DNA from: a candidate division WOR-3 bacterium
GTDB taxonomy: Bacteria > Hydrothermota > Tepidihabitantia > Tepidihabitantales > Tepidihabitantaceae
Direction: 5' to 3'
DNA length: 39,070 nucleotides
Assembly: GCA_965649225.1 (NCBI GenBank)
Contig: CBFGJX010000013.1
Coordinates: forward strand, 33,562 to 72,631
Part shown: positions 8,843 to 18,514 of the stretch, piece by piece
Layout: the number at the start of each line of letters is the position of its first letter
Position numbering within the stretch: the stretch's first letter is position 1
Notes under the pieces: generated by a model
Databases searched by the model: none
The model's input: the letters and a program-made list of their open reading frames with translations, nothing else
Told to the model about the DNA's origin: nothing
Program-made: the position numbers and the translations under genes

Positions 8843-10039
8843 TCAGGCAAGCACCGTTGCCAGCCGGTCCAGTGCCCAGTCGAGCTCCTGACGGGTAATT
8901 ATCAGCGGCGGTGCCAGCCGGATAACGCTGACGTGAGTCTCCTTGGCGAGTATCCCAAGCGCCATCAACCGTTCGCAGAAACCCCGCGCCGGCCCGGATT
9001 CCTGCCTGATCTCCACTCCGACAAAAAGACCACGGCCGCGCACCTCTTTGACGTGGGGCGAATTCATCGCCGCGATTGATTCCCGCAGGTATTTGCCGAG
9101 CTGCGCGGAATTGTCGACCAGCCCTTCTTCGATCGTCACCTCCACCGCTGCCTTGCCCACAGCGCAGGCCAGCGGATTACCGCCGAACGTCGAACCGTGA
9201 TTACCCGGAACAAAGACGCTCATGATCTCCTCGGACGCCAGCGCACCGGATACCGGGAAACAGCCGCCGCCCAGAGCCTTGCCCACTGTCATTATGTCCG
9301 GTTTGACCATCTCATAATCACAACAGAAGAGCCGTCCGGTCCGTCCGAATCCGGTCTGGATCTCGTCTGCGATCAACAGGACGTTGTGTTCACGACAGAC
9401 CCGCTGCGCCGCCGCCATGTAACCGTCGGCCGGAACAACGATTCCCGCTTCGCCCTGAATTGGTTCGACCAGAAAAGCAACTGTGTTGCGGTTGATTGCC
9501 CGCTCCAGCGCCGGAATGTCATTGTAGGGAATCACCACGAAACCACGAGCAAACGGTCCGAAGCCGTCGCGATACAATTCCTCTGAAGAAAAACCGACAA
9601 TCGTTGTCGTCCGACCGTGAAAATTACCGGCGCAGACAATAATCTCGGCCCTGTCCGGCTCAACACCCTTGTGCCGGTAACCCCAGCGTCTGGCTGCCTT
9701 GATAGCGGTTTCGACCGCCTCGGCACCGGTATTCATCAACAATACCCGGTCGTAACCACAAACCTTGGTAATGAGCTCACAGAACGGGCCGAACTGATCG
9801 TGATGAAACGCCCGCGAGGTCAGACAAAGACGTTCCATCTGTTCCGCCATGGCCTTCAGTATTCGCGGATGACGATGTCCCTGATTTAATGCCGAGTATG
9901 AAGACAGCATGTCCATGTACCTTTTGCCCTCGGCATCCCACACCCAGACACCCTCACCCCGGGAAAGAACAACCGGTAATGGATGATAGTTGCGAGCGCT
10001 GAACCGCTCTGCCAGTGCAATGTAGTCAGCTGTGTTCAA
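8843..10039 (-). CDS. rocD: ornithine--oxo-acid aminotransferase
   Basis: NYHPLPVV, SSYSALNQGH, EPIQGEAG, DEIQTG, GKALGGG and HGSTFGGNPL; TTG 10039 follows AGGAG. Confidence 0.92.
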   Translation of the reverse strand: MNTADYIALAERFSARNYHPLPVVLSRGEGVWVWDAEGKRYMDMLSSYSALNQGHRHPRILKAMAEQMERLCLTSRAFHHDQFGPFCELITKVCGYDRVLLMNTGAEAVETAIKAARRWGYRHKGVEPDRAEIIVCAGNFHGRTTTIVGFSSEELYRDGFGPFARGFVVIPYNDIPALERAINRNTVAFLVEPIQGEAGIVVPADGYMAAAQRVCREHNVLLIADEIQTGFGRTGRLFCCDYEMVKPDIMTVGKALGGGCFPVSGALASEEIMSVFVPGNHGSTFGGNPLACAVGKAAVEVTIEEGLVDNSAQLGKYLRESIAAMNSPHVKEVRGRGLFVGVEIRQESGPARGFCERLMALGILAKETHVSVIRLAPPLIITRQELDWALDRLATVLA

Positions 10040-10073
10040 GCTTGGCTCCTTTTTCGTCTCAGGACGGGCATCT

Positions 10074-10101
10074 ATTTTATGACGAACTGGGTTCAAGTCA
10101 A
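10074..10101 (-). promoter_or_regulatory. sigma70-like promoter of rocD
   Basis: TTGACT-N16-TAAAAT. Confidence 0.65.
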
Positions 10102-10116
10102 ACAGCCCACCCCCCC

Positions 10117-10147
10117 AAAAAGCGGAGCCGCCCAGGGGCGGCTCCGC
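10117..10147 (-). terminator. Rho-independent terminator of the T9SS-type protein gene
   Basis: Perfect 12-bp inverted repeat GCGGAGCCGCCC/GGGCGGCTCCGC followed by T5 on the minus strand. Confidence 0.8.
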
Positions 10148-10164
10148 AACACTGCTGATTTGTT

Positions 10165-12303
10165 CTACTCGACTACGACTGCCTTGCCGGCAACTGCTTC
10201 ACCGTCCACGGTCAGACGATAGAAGTAGGTGCCGTTGGCAACGCGCCGCCCGTCAGCAGCAGTCCGGTCCCAACGGACCGACTGCTCACCGGCGCCAACA
10301 GTGCCATCCACCAGTGTCCGGACCAGCGCACCGCTGGCGTCGTACAGCGACAGGTTCACTTTCGCCTGTCGGCCGACAAAGTAGCGGATATCGGCCCCGT
10401 CACGGACGAGGCTGGAAGTACGGTAGAGGGCGAACCGCGGGTTCTGCACCGGCTCTTCAACTGCGACGTTCGGGTCAAAGATCATCGTGCCGTAGAAGGC
10501 CGGGTTGGCCCAGTTGTTCATAATCAGGCTCTGCGGCCACCAGCCGTAGAACGTGCTGCCAGCCTGTGCAGTGTAGAGGAAGAATCCGACAACTTCCCCG
10601 GGGGTAACACTGTAATCACCCTTCCGGGTACCGATGGGGATCTTGGCCTCAAACTGCAACTGACCGCCGCTGGTGCTGGAAGCGCTGATCGCATCCGGGC
10701 ACTGACCAGGCATGCGCCACACTTGCGGTGCAGTTGACAAGAGCGCACGGTACTGAACCGAATCCAGTGGCGGGAAGGCGATGATCCAGTGATTACCTTC
10801 GCTCGAGTCGGTTGACCAGGTACCGCTGCGGTCCTCGTCCATATAAGGCCCAATCTGGTCGTAGGCCTGCCGGGAGGTCACGGGCGGGATCTTGGATGCC
10901 ATGTAGACGAATCCCTCGGTGGCATCATAGAGAACCCAGAGATATGAACTGCCCGCGGGACGCGGTGTGCCGGACCGACCGGCGATGTCGGAGATGTCGT
11001 ACCAGTTCGACGCAGCCCATTCACCCGGCTGGATGATACCGTCGATCGTCGGGGCGGTTTCGAATCCGATGCGCTTGACGATAATCGTGTCGGAGAAGAT
11101 CGCCCCGGTGACAGCGGTCGTCTGTGTCAGCGTGTCGTTGGAACGACGCTGGTCACCGCTCCAGGCGGTAAACATCGTAACTCGATAGTTGTTGCCGGCC
11201 GGGCCGGTGGTCCACTGCGGCGTGAAGCTGACCGAATCAGCCGCACCGGGAGCCAGAGTTCCGGAATAGGTCACAGTCTGGTTGTAAACCCGGGTGGCGC
11301 CGGAATCAATCCAGCAGGTCACGGGGAAGCCACTGGCCGGGTTGGTGCCGATGTTGCGAATCAGGGCCTTGGGTGTATAGGCGCCAGGAGCCACTGCACT
11401 GGCCGGAGAGAGAATGCTCGCCAGCGTGACATCGTTGGCCACCGGAGCCGAACCACCAATCCGGATGCACCACACCATGTCATCCGGCGAACCCTGTTCC
11501 AGCGCCAGCAGGAACGAGTCGCGCCACATCTCACAGCCACCGCCAAGGTCCCAGCCACTGGGATTGAAGCTGTCGGTAACAGCGTAGCTCGGATACTCGA
11601 TCTTCCAGATCGGGCTGGCACCGGTTGAGCCGGCATTGGTCATCCAGAAACAGTTGTTGATCGGGTCCCAGGCGAAACCGTAGCAGGAACCCATCTGGGC
11701 GGCAGCACGCACCTGGTGACCGTTGGTACCGGTTACCGAGAACTTCCACATCGGATTGCTCGAGAAGTTTCCGGTCCACAGTGAATCCTCGACCGGATGA
11801 TGTCCCATTGCCCGGACAGTCCCGGAGAAACCCGACACGCTGTAGGTTGCCGCCGGCACCCGGGTTGTCGCGTTGTAAACGTGATACCGGCCACCGTCAA
11901 ACCCGGCATAGACATAGTCGGTCGCCGGATCGTAGGCCATGTCGCGAATGCCCCAGCCCGACGGACCACCAGTCTGCGGAAAACTGTCGATCTCGGGCCG
12001 CGCCGGATCCGAAATCTTGTAGATGTAGATCTTCAACTGGGTCTGACCCGCCGATACCCACATCAGCGAATCCTGTACATCGGTCACACCCACCTGATAG
12101 GCACCCGAAGTCCCGTGCTGGACACTGCGCGTCCAAACCGTGTCCCACACCACATCTGTTGCAAACTGCCCGTACGGCGCCTTGGCCGGCGCAGCCGGGT
12201 TAACATCGTTCAGCCCGTCGACTCGGCCATCAGGCGCATTCGCCGGACCGAGTGCGAGCGCGAGACTCGCAAGCAGGCCAAGCAGCATTACACTGCTTCT
12301 CAC
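10165..12303 (-). CDS. secreted multidomain protein: beta-propeller-like, Ig/CARDB-like, DOMON/CBM9-like and FlgD-Ig/T9SS-type C-terminal sorting domain
   Basis: Signal peptide after GTG 12303 (RBS AAGGAGGA); APTIDGIIQPGEW motif; VAVEE linker then LYDASGALVRTLVDG...GTYFYRL. Confidence 0.78.
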   Translation of the reverse strand: MRSSVMLLGLLASLALALGPANAPDGRVDGLNDVNPAAPAKAPYGQFATDVVWDTVWTRSVQHGTSGAYQVGVTDVQDSLMWVSAGQTQLKIYIYKISDPARPEIDSFPQTGGPSGWGIRDMAYDPATDYVYAGFDGGRYHVYNATTRVPAATYSVSGFSGTVRAMGHHPVEDSLWTGNFSSNPMWKFSVTGTNGHQVRAAAQMGSCYGFAWDPINNCFWMTNAGSTGASPIWKIEYPSYAVTDSFNPSGWDLGGGCEMWRDSFLLALEQGSPDDMVWCIRIGGSAPVANDVTLASILSPASAVAPGAYTPKALIRNIGTNPASGFPVTCWIDSGATRVYNQTVTYSGTLAPGAADSVSFTPQWTTGPAGNNYRVTMFTAWSGDQRRSNDTLTQTTAVTGAIFSDTIIVKRIGFETAPTIDGIIQPGEWAASNWYDISDIAGRSGTPRPAGSSYLWVLYDATEGFVYMASKIPPVTSRQAYDQIGPYMDEDRSGTWSTDSSEGNHWIIAFPPLDSVQYRALLSTAPQVWRMPGQCPDAISASSTSGGQLQFEAKIPIGTRKGDYSVTPGEVVGFFLYTAQAGSTFYGWWPQSLIMNNWANPAFYGTMIFDPNVAVEEPVQNPRFALYRTSSLVRDGADIRYFVGRQAKVNLSLYDASGALVRTLVDGTVGAGEQSVRWDRTAADGRRVANGTYFYRLTVDGEAVAGKAVVVE

Positions 12304-12398
12304 TCTGTCCTCCTTAGGTTTGTGACTACTTGCCTCAAGCGTAATCCTGGCCCAACGGCCGATTATCGCCGGCAACCGCAGGCTTATGCCTGCAGCCC

Positions 12399-12426
12399 AG
12401 TCTACCCCCATCTGCCTTAGTGTCAA
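12399..12426 (-). promoter_or_regulatory. sigma70-like promoter of the secreted protein gene
   Basis: TTGACA-N16-TAGACT. Confidence 0.65.
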
Positions 12427-12464
12427 GCTGATGATGAAAACCTGAAAACAGACAGCTGACCGTC

Positions 12465-12492
12465 TTGACTCGCCGGGGACGGCCGATAGCAT
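12465..12492 (+). promoter_or_regulatory. sigma70-like promoter of proS (near-leaderless)
   Basis: TTGACT-N16-TAGCAT, 8 nt before ATG 12501; no Shine-Dalgarno. Confidence 0.65.
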
Positions 12493-12500
12493 TGCCCATA

Positions 12501-13940
12501 ATGAAAGAAGCAGGTCAAGTTCGCGAAATACCACCCAAGTCCAAACAATTCTCGGACTGGTATACCGCCGTGATTCTCAAGGCCGAGCTGGCCGACTATG
12601 CTCCGGTCCGCGGCTGTATGGTCATCCGGCCCTATGGCTTTGCCCTCTGGGAGAACATGCAGGCCCGTCTCGACGCTCGATTCAAAGCCACCGGCCATGT
12701 CAACGCCTATTTCCCGACGCTGATCCCGGAGAGCTTCCTCGTCAAAGAGGCAGAACATGTCAAAGGATTCGCCCCCCAGGTTGCATGGGTCACCCGTGGC
12801 GGCGATTCCGACCTCACCGAGCGACTGGCCCTGCGTCCCACCTCCGAGGCGATCATCAACACGATGTACGCCAAGTGGGTAAAGAGTTACCGCGACCTGC
12901 CGGTTCTGATCAACCAGTGGTGCAACATCTTTCGCTGGGAAAAGGCGACCCGACTGTTCTTGCGTACGCTCGAATTCCTCTGGCAGGAAGGACACACCTT
13001 ACACCGCACCCACCGCGAGGCAGAAGAAGAAGCGCTGCGCATTCTGGATATCTACGTTGATTTCGTTCAGAACGACCTTGCCTTCCCGGTAATCGCCGGC
13101 GTCAAGCCCGAAAGCGAAAAGTTCCCCGGGGCGGTTCGGACCTACTCGATTGAAGCACTGATGCCCGACGGCCAAGCGCTGCAGGCAGGCACCTCCCATG
13201 ACCTCGGCCAGCACTTCGCCGAAGCCTTTGACATCCGCTATCTTGACGAAGACAACACGGAAAAACGCCCTTGGGGAACATCGTGGGGCGTTTCCACCCG
13301 TCTGATTGGCGGTCTGATCATGTCCCATGGCGACGACAAAGGCCTGTTCCTGCCTCCGCGTGTCGCCCCGGTCCAGGCTGTTATCGTGCCCATACTGTTC
13401 GGCAAGGACGACGAAGCGGTCATCGCCAAGTGCCGCGAGGCCCAGAATTTGCTCTCAGGATTCCGAACCAAGCTCGATGATCGCACTCAGTTCACACCCG
13501 GCTGGAAGTTCAACGATTATGAAATGCGCGGGGTTCCACTGCGCATCGAAATCGGCCCCAGAGACGTCCAGAAAAACGCCGCAGTGCTTGTGCCCCGCGA
13601 CGGCTCCGGCAAACGTTCTGTTCAATTCGCACAGATAGCCGATGAGGTCGAAAAGGCACTCAATGACATCCAGCTCGGCATGCTCGAACGCAGCCGTCAG
13701 TGGCTAAACAGCGTCACATCAGATGCCACCACTGTCGACGAATTCAATTCCAGCATCGCTGCCCGGCCCGGGATGGTCCGAGTCCACTGGTGCGGCGCAC
13801 AGGAATGTGAGAATCGCTTGATCGAAGCAACTCGGACGACCCCGCGCAATATGCCTTTCGACCTCCAGGGGCAACCCGGCCACTGCATAGTCTGTGGCCA
13901 GGCGACGACAACCCGCATAATCTACGCTCGAACTTACTGA
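12501..13940 (+). CDS. proS: proline--tRNA ligase (archaeal/eukaryote-like type, no INS editing domain)
   Basis: FSDWY, LRPTSE, FLRTLEFLWQEGHT, QAGTSH, TSWGVSTR and C-terminal ARTY. Confidence 0.96.
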   Translation: MKEAGQVREIPPKSKQFSDWYTAVILKAELADYAPVRGCMVIRPYGFALWENMQARLDARFKATGHVNAYFPTLIPESFLVKEAEHVKGFAPQVAWVTRGGDSDLTERLALRPTSEAIINTMYAKWVKSYRDLPVLINQWCNIFRWEKATRLFLRTLEFLWQEGHTLHRTHREAEEEALRILDIYVDFVQNDLAFPVIAGVKPESEKFPGAVRTYSIEALMPDGQALQAGTSHDLGQHFAEAFDIRYLDEDNTEKRPWGTSWGVSTRLIGGLIMSHGDDKGLFLPPRVAPVQAVIVPILFGKDDEAVIAKCREAQNLLSGFRTKLDDRTQFTPGWKFNDYEMRGVPLRIEIGPRDVQKNAAVLVPRDGSGKRSVQFAQIADEVEKALNDIQLGMLERSRQWLNSVTSDATTVDEFNSSIAARPGMVRVHWCGAQECENRLIEATRTTPRNMPFDLQGQPGHCIVCGQATTTRIIYARTY

Positions 13941-14054
13941 CGTCATTCTCCTGCAAATGCTTGACACCCCGCCGGCCAAGCCAACGTCCCCGCATATCCG
14001 CCGTCGGCCGGCTGCGGGCATGGCGACACGGCACTGTTTGATTGCCTCAAGCCA

Positions 14055-15128
14055 ATGACCTCCGACCAGCTGGCCTCCTATCGCAACCGATTCCTGCCCC
14101 TGCAACGGCGCCGCGACGAAATTGAACGTCAGCTCGCCGATCCCGCTACGGCTGCCGACATCAGCCGGCTGCAAACGCTCACCCGCGAACATCGTCAGCT
14201 GGTCGAGAAGCTGACCCGTTTCGCCCGCTACGAAAAACTGAATGCAGAGCTCGCCGACGCCGTTGCCCTCAGAAGCTCCGACGACCAGCAGTTGCGTGAG
14301 CTGGCTGAAACCGAAATTCAGAATCTGCAAGCCGAAATTGACCGGCTCGTTCCCCTGCTGGATGCCGACCTCCGCCCACGGAGTCCCGACTGGGACAAAC
14401 CCTGCATTGTCGAGATCCGTGCCGCCGCCGGCGGCGAAGAGGCCGCTCTCTTTGCCGGTGACCTTTTTCGGATGTACTCTCGTTTTTGCGAAGAAAACAA
14501 ACTGCGCCTCAGTGTCGTCGATTCCCGGCCCAGCGACCTGCGCGGGTTCCGCGAAATCATCTTTGAAGTCGAAGGCGAAGAACCCTATCGTCAGTTTCGG
14601 TTCGAATCCGGGGTCCACCGGGTACAACGGATTCCGGCGACCGAAGCCTCGGGCCGGATTCACACTTCCACCGTAACGGTTGCCGTCCTTCCCGAAGCAG
14701 AAGAAGTCGAGGTAAAGATAAACCCCGAAGACCTGCGGATTGACGTATTCCGTGCCGGCGGCCACGGCGGTCAGCATGTCAATGTCACCGACTCGGCAGT
14801 CCGCATTACCCATCTGCCCACCGGAATCGTAGTACAGTGTCAGGACGAACGTTCGCAGGGCCGCAACAAAGCCAAAGCCATGCGGGTGCTTGCCGCCCGG
14901 CTGCTTGACGCCCGGCGTACCGAGGAGCAGAACCGTACCGCTCAGACCCGCCGGCGCCAGATCGGCACCGGTGAACGCAGCGAGAAAATCCGGACCTACA
15001 ATTTCCCTCAGAACCGCGTCACTGACCACCGAATCGGATTCACTGTCCACAACCTGGACCGGGTCCTGGACGGCGAACTGAAGCCGTTGCTTGCCGCGCT
15101 TGAGCAGGCTGAAGCCAAGCTCGAGTGA
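14055..15128 (+). CDS. prfA: peptide chain release factor 1
   Basis: GGEEAALF, ESGVHRVQR, PAT (PxT) recognition loop, GGQ and IRTYNFPQNRVTDHRI. Confidence 0.96.
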   Translation: MTSDQLASYRNRFLPLQRRRDEIERQLADPATAADISRLQTLTREHRQLVEKLTRFARYEKLNAELADAVALRSSDDQQLRELAETEIQNLQAEIDRLVPLLDADLRPRSPDWDKPCIVEIRAAAGGEEAALFAGDLFRMYSRFCEENKLRLSVVDSRPSDLRGFREIIFEVEGEEPYRQFRFESGVHRVQRIPATEASGRIHTSTVTVAVLPEAEEVEVKINPEDLRIDVFRAGGHGGQHVNVTDSAVRITHLPTGIVVQCQDERSQGRNKAKAMRVLAARLLDARRTEEQNRTAQTRRRQIGTGERSEKIRTYNFPQNRVTDHRIGFTVHNLDRVLDGELKPLLAALEQAEAKLE

Positions 15129-15949
15129 AACAATCCCGTCCCACCACATCCCGCACCCTGATTGACTATGCAACCGGGCTGGTCTCGCGCGCTGAGGCCG
15201 AATTCCTGCTGATGTCGCTGCTTCCCGCCACTCGTGCCGAGGTCTATTCCGAACGACCGGTATCTGCCGCGTTGGTTCGACGTTTCCACCGCGCCCTCCA
15301 TGCCGTACGACAAAACCAGCCCCCCCAGTATGCTGTCCACTCCGCGCCCTTCCTCGACCTGGACCTCTACGTCGACAGGCGGGTATTGATTCCGCGGCCG
15401 GAAACCGAAGGCCTGGTCGAGCTGTCGCTCCAATACTGCCCCCGTCCGCGACTGGTGATTGATTATGGCACTGGTTCGGGCTGCATCGCCATCGCAGTCG
15501 TCCGGGCAGTTCCCGGCTGCCGGGTTGTCGCGGTCGACAGTTCCCGTTCAGCGCTGACCGTTGCCCGGCTCAACGCCCGACGTTACCGTGTTCTGCGCCG
15601 AATCCGTTTTCTTTGCTGCTCACGTCCATCGGCTCAACAACTCTCCCGGCTGACCGGACAGGCTGACCTGCTAATCTCAAATCCCCCCTACATTCCGTCG
15701 CGACGGATTGACCGGCTGGGTCCCCGGCTAAGCCACGAACCCCGTGCGGCCCTTGATGGCGGCCCCGATGGCACTAGTATACTGGCGATGATCTTTGCCG
15801 AGGGGCCACAGCTCCTGCGTCGCGGTGGCTGGCTGGTCACAGAACTGGACCCGGCGGTCGGCCGGCTCGTGAAGCGACGTTGGCCAACCATTGAACTGAA
15901 GCCCGACCTTTCGGGTCGTATCCGATACGGCCTGCTGCAAAAACAATGA
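15125..15949 (+). CDS. prmC: release factor glutamine methyltransferase
   Basis: VLIPRPETE, GTGSG and NPPY; coupled to prfA (GTGA). Confidence 0.93.
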   Translation: MKQSRPTTSRTLIDYATGLVSRAEAEFLLMSLLPATRAEVYSERPVSAALVRRFHRALHAVRQNQPPQYAVHSAPFLDLDLYVDRRVLIPRPETEGLVELSLQYCPRPRLVIDYGTGSGCIAIAVVRAVPGCRVVAVDSSRSALTVARLNARRYRVLRRIRFLCCSRPSAQQLSRLTGQADLLISNPPYIPSRRIDRLGPRLSHEPRAALDGGPDGTSILAMIFAEGPQLLRRGGWLVTELDPAVGRLVKRRWPTIELKPDLSGRIRYGLLQKQ

Positions 15950-16791
15950 ATGTCGGAATCATTGTCAATCTGAACAAGCCCGACGCTGCGGTATTCACAC
16001 GGGAGCTCGTTGACTGGCTTGTCGCCAACGGCTTTGTCCCGCTTGTACCAGCAGAAATTGCCCGCCGGCTCCGGCTCAAAATCAGCGGCCACAGCGAGAG
16101 CCAGCTTGTCGCCCGCGCCGAACTGGTTGTCGCGCTGGGCGGCGACGGCACCCTGCTGCGCGCCGCCCGCCTGGTCGGCACCAGTGGCACTCCCTTGCTT
16201 GGTATCAACCTCGGGTCGCTTGGCTTTCTGACCGAGTTCTCGACTGCCGACGCCCGGACGGCGCTGAATGATTTCCGCGCCGGCCGCTGTCAGATCGAAG
16301 ACCGGATGATGCTCGATGTCCATCTGGGACGTCGTCGGGGCCGGGTCCTCAACGACTGCTCGGTCAACATGAGCACCGAAGGCCGGGTTATCGAACTCAC
16401 CACCCGGGCCAACGGAGAGTTTCTGACCAGCTTTGTCGGTGACGGTCTGGTAATCGCAACACCAACTGGTTCCACTGCCTACTCACTGGCCGCTGGCGGG
16501 CCGGTAGTCTTTCCGACAATGGAAACCCTGCTGCTGACGCCACTCTGTCCGCATGCGCTGGGTGCCCGGCCGATGGTTCTGCCCGGAGACTGTTCGATTG
16601 AGCTCCAGCTTTCTCCCCGTGCCAGCTCGGCAATTGTCAGTCTCGACGGACAGGAACGCTGGCGACTTGACAGCGGCGTCCGGCTGAAGGTCTCTCGTTC
16701 AAGCTGCCGCACCCGGCTTGTCACCCCCAGCGACCGCAACTTCTTTCAGATTCTGCGCGACAAACTGCGCTGGACCGGCTCCCGTCAGTAA
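15946..16791 (+). CDS. nadK: NAD(+) kinase
   Basis: LGGDGT, GINLGSLGFL and GDGLVIATPTGSTAYSLAAGGP. Confidence 0.95.
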   Translation: MNVGIIVNLNKPDAAVFTRELVDWLVANGFVPLVPAEIARRLRLKISGHSESQLVARAELVVALGGDGTLLRAARLVGTSGTPLLGINLGSLGFLTEFSTADARTALNDFRAGRCQIEDRMMLDVHLGRRRGRVLNDCSVNMSTEGRVIELTTRANGEFLTSFVGDGLVIATPTGSTAYSLAAGGPVVFPTMETLLLTPLCPHALGARPMVLPGDCSIELQLSPRASSAIVSLDGQERWRLDSGVRLKVSRSSCRTRLVTPSDRNFFQILRDKLRWTGSRQ

Positions 16792-16792
16792 C

Positions 16793-18514
16793 ATGCTGCT
16801 GGAACTCCAGATCCGCAACTACGCACTGATTGACCGGCTTGCGGTCCAGTTTCAGCCCGGGCTCAATGTCCTGACCGGCGAAACCGGTGCCGGCAAGTCA
16901 ATAATCATCGGCGCATTGTCGCTCGTACTCGGTGGCCGTGCCGACGTTGATTCGATCCGCTCTGGTGCCGAGAACGCCGTGATCGAAGCGCGCTTCACCC
17001 TCACTCCGACCGCCGCCGAACACTGCGCTGCTCTCGGTTTGCCGTGCCCCGACCAGGAACTGATACTGAGCCGCCGCATCGAAAGCACCGGCCGCAGTAT
17101 CTGCCACGCCAACGGCTCACCGGTGACGGTAACAATGCTCGATACCATCGGCGACCGGCTGGTCGATCTGCACGGTCAGCACTCGCATCAGCTCCTGCTC
17201 CGGCCGGAAACCCACCTCGAGATGCTAGACGCCTACGGCGGTCTGGATGATCGCCGCACAAGGCTGGCCGAGTTCTGGCAGAAACTCACCGAACGTCAGC
17301 ACCGGCTAACCAGACTCAGCAGCACTGTCGCGGAACGACGCGACCGCCGCGAGCTGCTACAGTACCACTGGCAGGAACTGGCCGACGCCGGCATCCGGGC
17401 CAACGAGGCTGCCGAGCTGGAAGCCGAACGAAAGATGCTTGAAACTGCCGCCCGGCGTTACGAGCTGGCCGCGGCACTGGCGGCGGTGCTCTCGGAGCAG
17501 GAAGGCTCGATTGCCGAACTTATCGGACGGGCAGAGCGACCGCTGAACGAACTGGCCCAGCTTGACCCGTCACTCAAAGAGCTGGCGACAGCCTTGACTA
17601 CCGCCGGCTCAATCATCGACGACGTCTGGCGGACAACGATTGCCTACCGTGACGCTATCGAATTTTCGCCCGAACGAATGGATGCCGTAAACAGCCGGTT
17701 GTTTCTGCTCGAACGGCTGGCCCGGAAACATTCGACGACCCCCGCGGAACTGCCGACGCTCGTCGAACGCCTTGCCGCCGAGCTAGAATCGATTGATGCC
17801 GACGACAGCGCCATCACGCTGTTGCAGCAGGAAATTGACCGACTGCGCACCGAATACTGTGCGGCGGCAGTTGAACTGTCCCGCCTGCGTCAGCGCGCTG
17901 CCCGCTCGCTTACCAAACAACTCGCCGCTGAGCTGGCAGAGCTTGGGATGGCCGCCGGACGCCTGACAGTCGCGCTCACCCAGACTGAAGATGGTGCCGG
18001 CGACTGCCACTGTGACGGTCGACAGTTACGCGGTAGCCCGACTGGAATCGACGCCGCCGAGTTTCTCTTCTCGGCCAATCCGGGGGAAGAACTGCGTCCC
18101 TTGCGCAAGATTGCATCCGGCGGTGAACTCTCGCGCATCATGCTGGCCCTCAAGAGTGCCCTTGATTCGGCCGACCCGGTGCCGGTACTGGTCTTTGATG
18201 AAGTTGATGCCGGAATCGGCGGTGCCATTGCCGACACGGTCGGCGCCCGTCTTTCCCGACTGGCCCGGACACACCAGGTCATCTGCATCACCCACCTGCC
18301 TCAGATTGCCTGTTACGGCCACAGCCATTTTCGAGTGCGCAAGCTGTCGCGCAGCGGACGCCAGGTCACGACCATCGAACGGCTCGATGACGAACAGCGA
18401 ATCGAAGAGCTGGCCCGGATGACTGCCGGCGCCGCAGTCAGCCGCGCCAGTCTTGCCCATGCCCGGGAGTTGCTCGCCGCAGCACGAAAAGCAGATGGCA
18501 ACCGGAACAAATGA
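16793..18514 (+). CDS. recN: DNA repair protein RecN
   Basis: LTGETGAGKS, LHGQH, ASGGELSR, FDEVDAGIGG and CITHLPQIA; follows nadK. Confidence 0.95.
   Translation: MLLELQIRNYALIDRLAVQFQPGLNVLTGETGAGKSIIIGALSLVLGGRADVDSIRSGAENAVIEARFTLTPTAAEHCAALGLPCPDQELILSRRIESTGRSICHANGSPVTVTMLDTIGDRLVDLHGQHSHQLLLRPETHLEMLDAYGGLDDRRTRLAEFWQKLTERQHRLTRLSSTVAERRDRRELLQYHWQELADAGIRANEAAELEAERKMLETAARRYELAAALAAVLSEQEGSIAELIGRAERPLNELAQLDPSLKELATALTTAGSIIDDVWRTTIAYRDAIEFSPERMDAVNSRLFLLERLARKHSTTPAELPTLVERLAAELESIDADDSAITLLQQEIDRLRTEYCAAAVELSRLRQRAARSLTKQLAAELAELGMAAGRLTVALTQTEDGAGDCHCDGRQLRGSPTGIDAAEFLFSANPGEELRPLRKIASGGELSRIMLALKSALDSADPVPVLVFDEVDAGIGGAIADTVGARLSRLARTHQVICITHLPQIACYGHSHFRVRKLSRSGRQVTTIERLDDEQRIEELARMTAGAAVSRASLAHARELLAAARKADGNRNK

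Noticed and set aside
12304..12534. Extended N-termini of the secreted protein (to 12534) and of ProS (from 12465)
   Set aside because: The region holds back-to-back promoters; better starts are 12303 (strong RBS, signal peptide) and 12501
13941..14054. proS-prfA intergenic region as a tRNA, T-box or promoter
   Set aside because: No cloverleaf or T-box motif; TTGACA at 13961 lacks a convincing -10 box
14055..15128. Programmed frameshift or altered genetic code signal in the release factor
   Set aside because: It is an uninterrupted RF1 with PxT and GGQ; TAA, TAG and TGA all act as normal stops in the window
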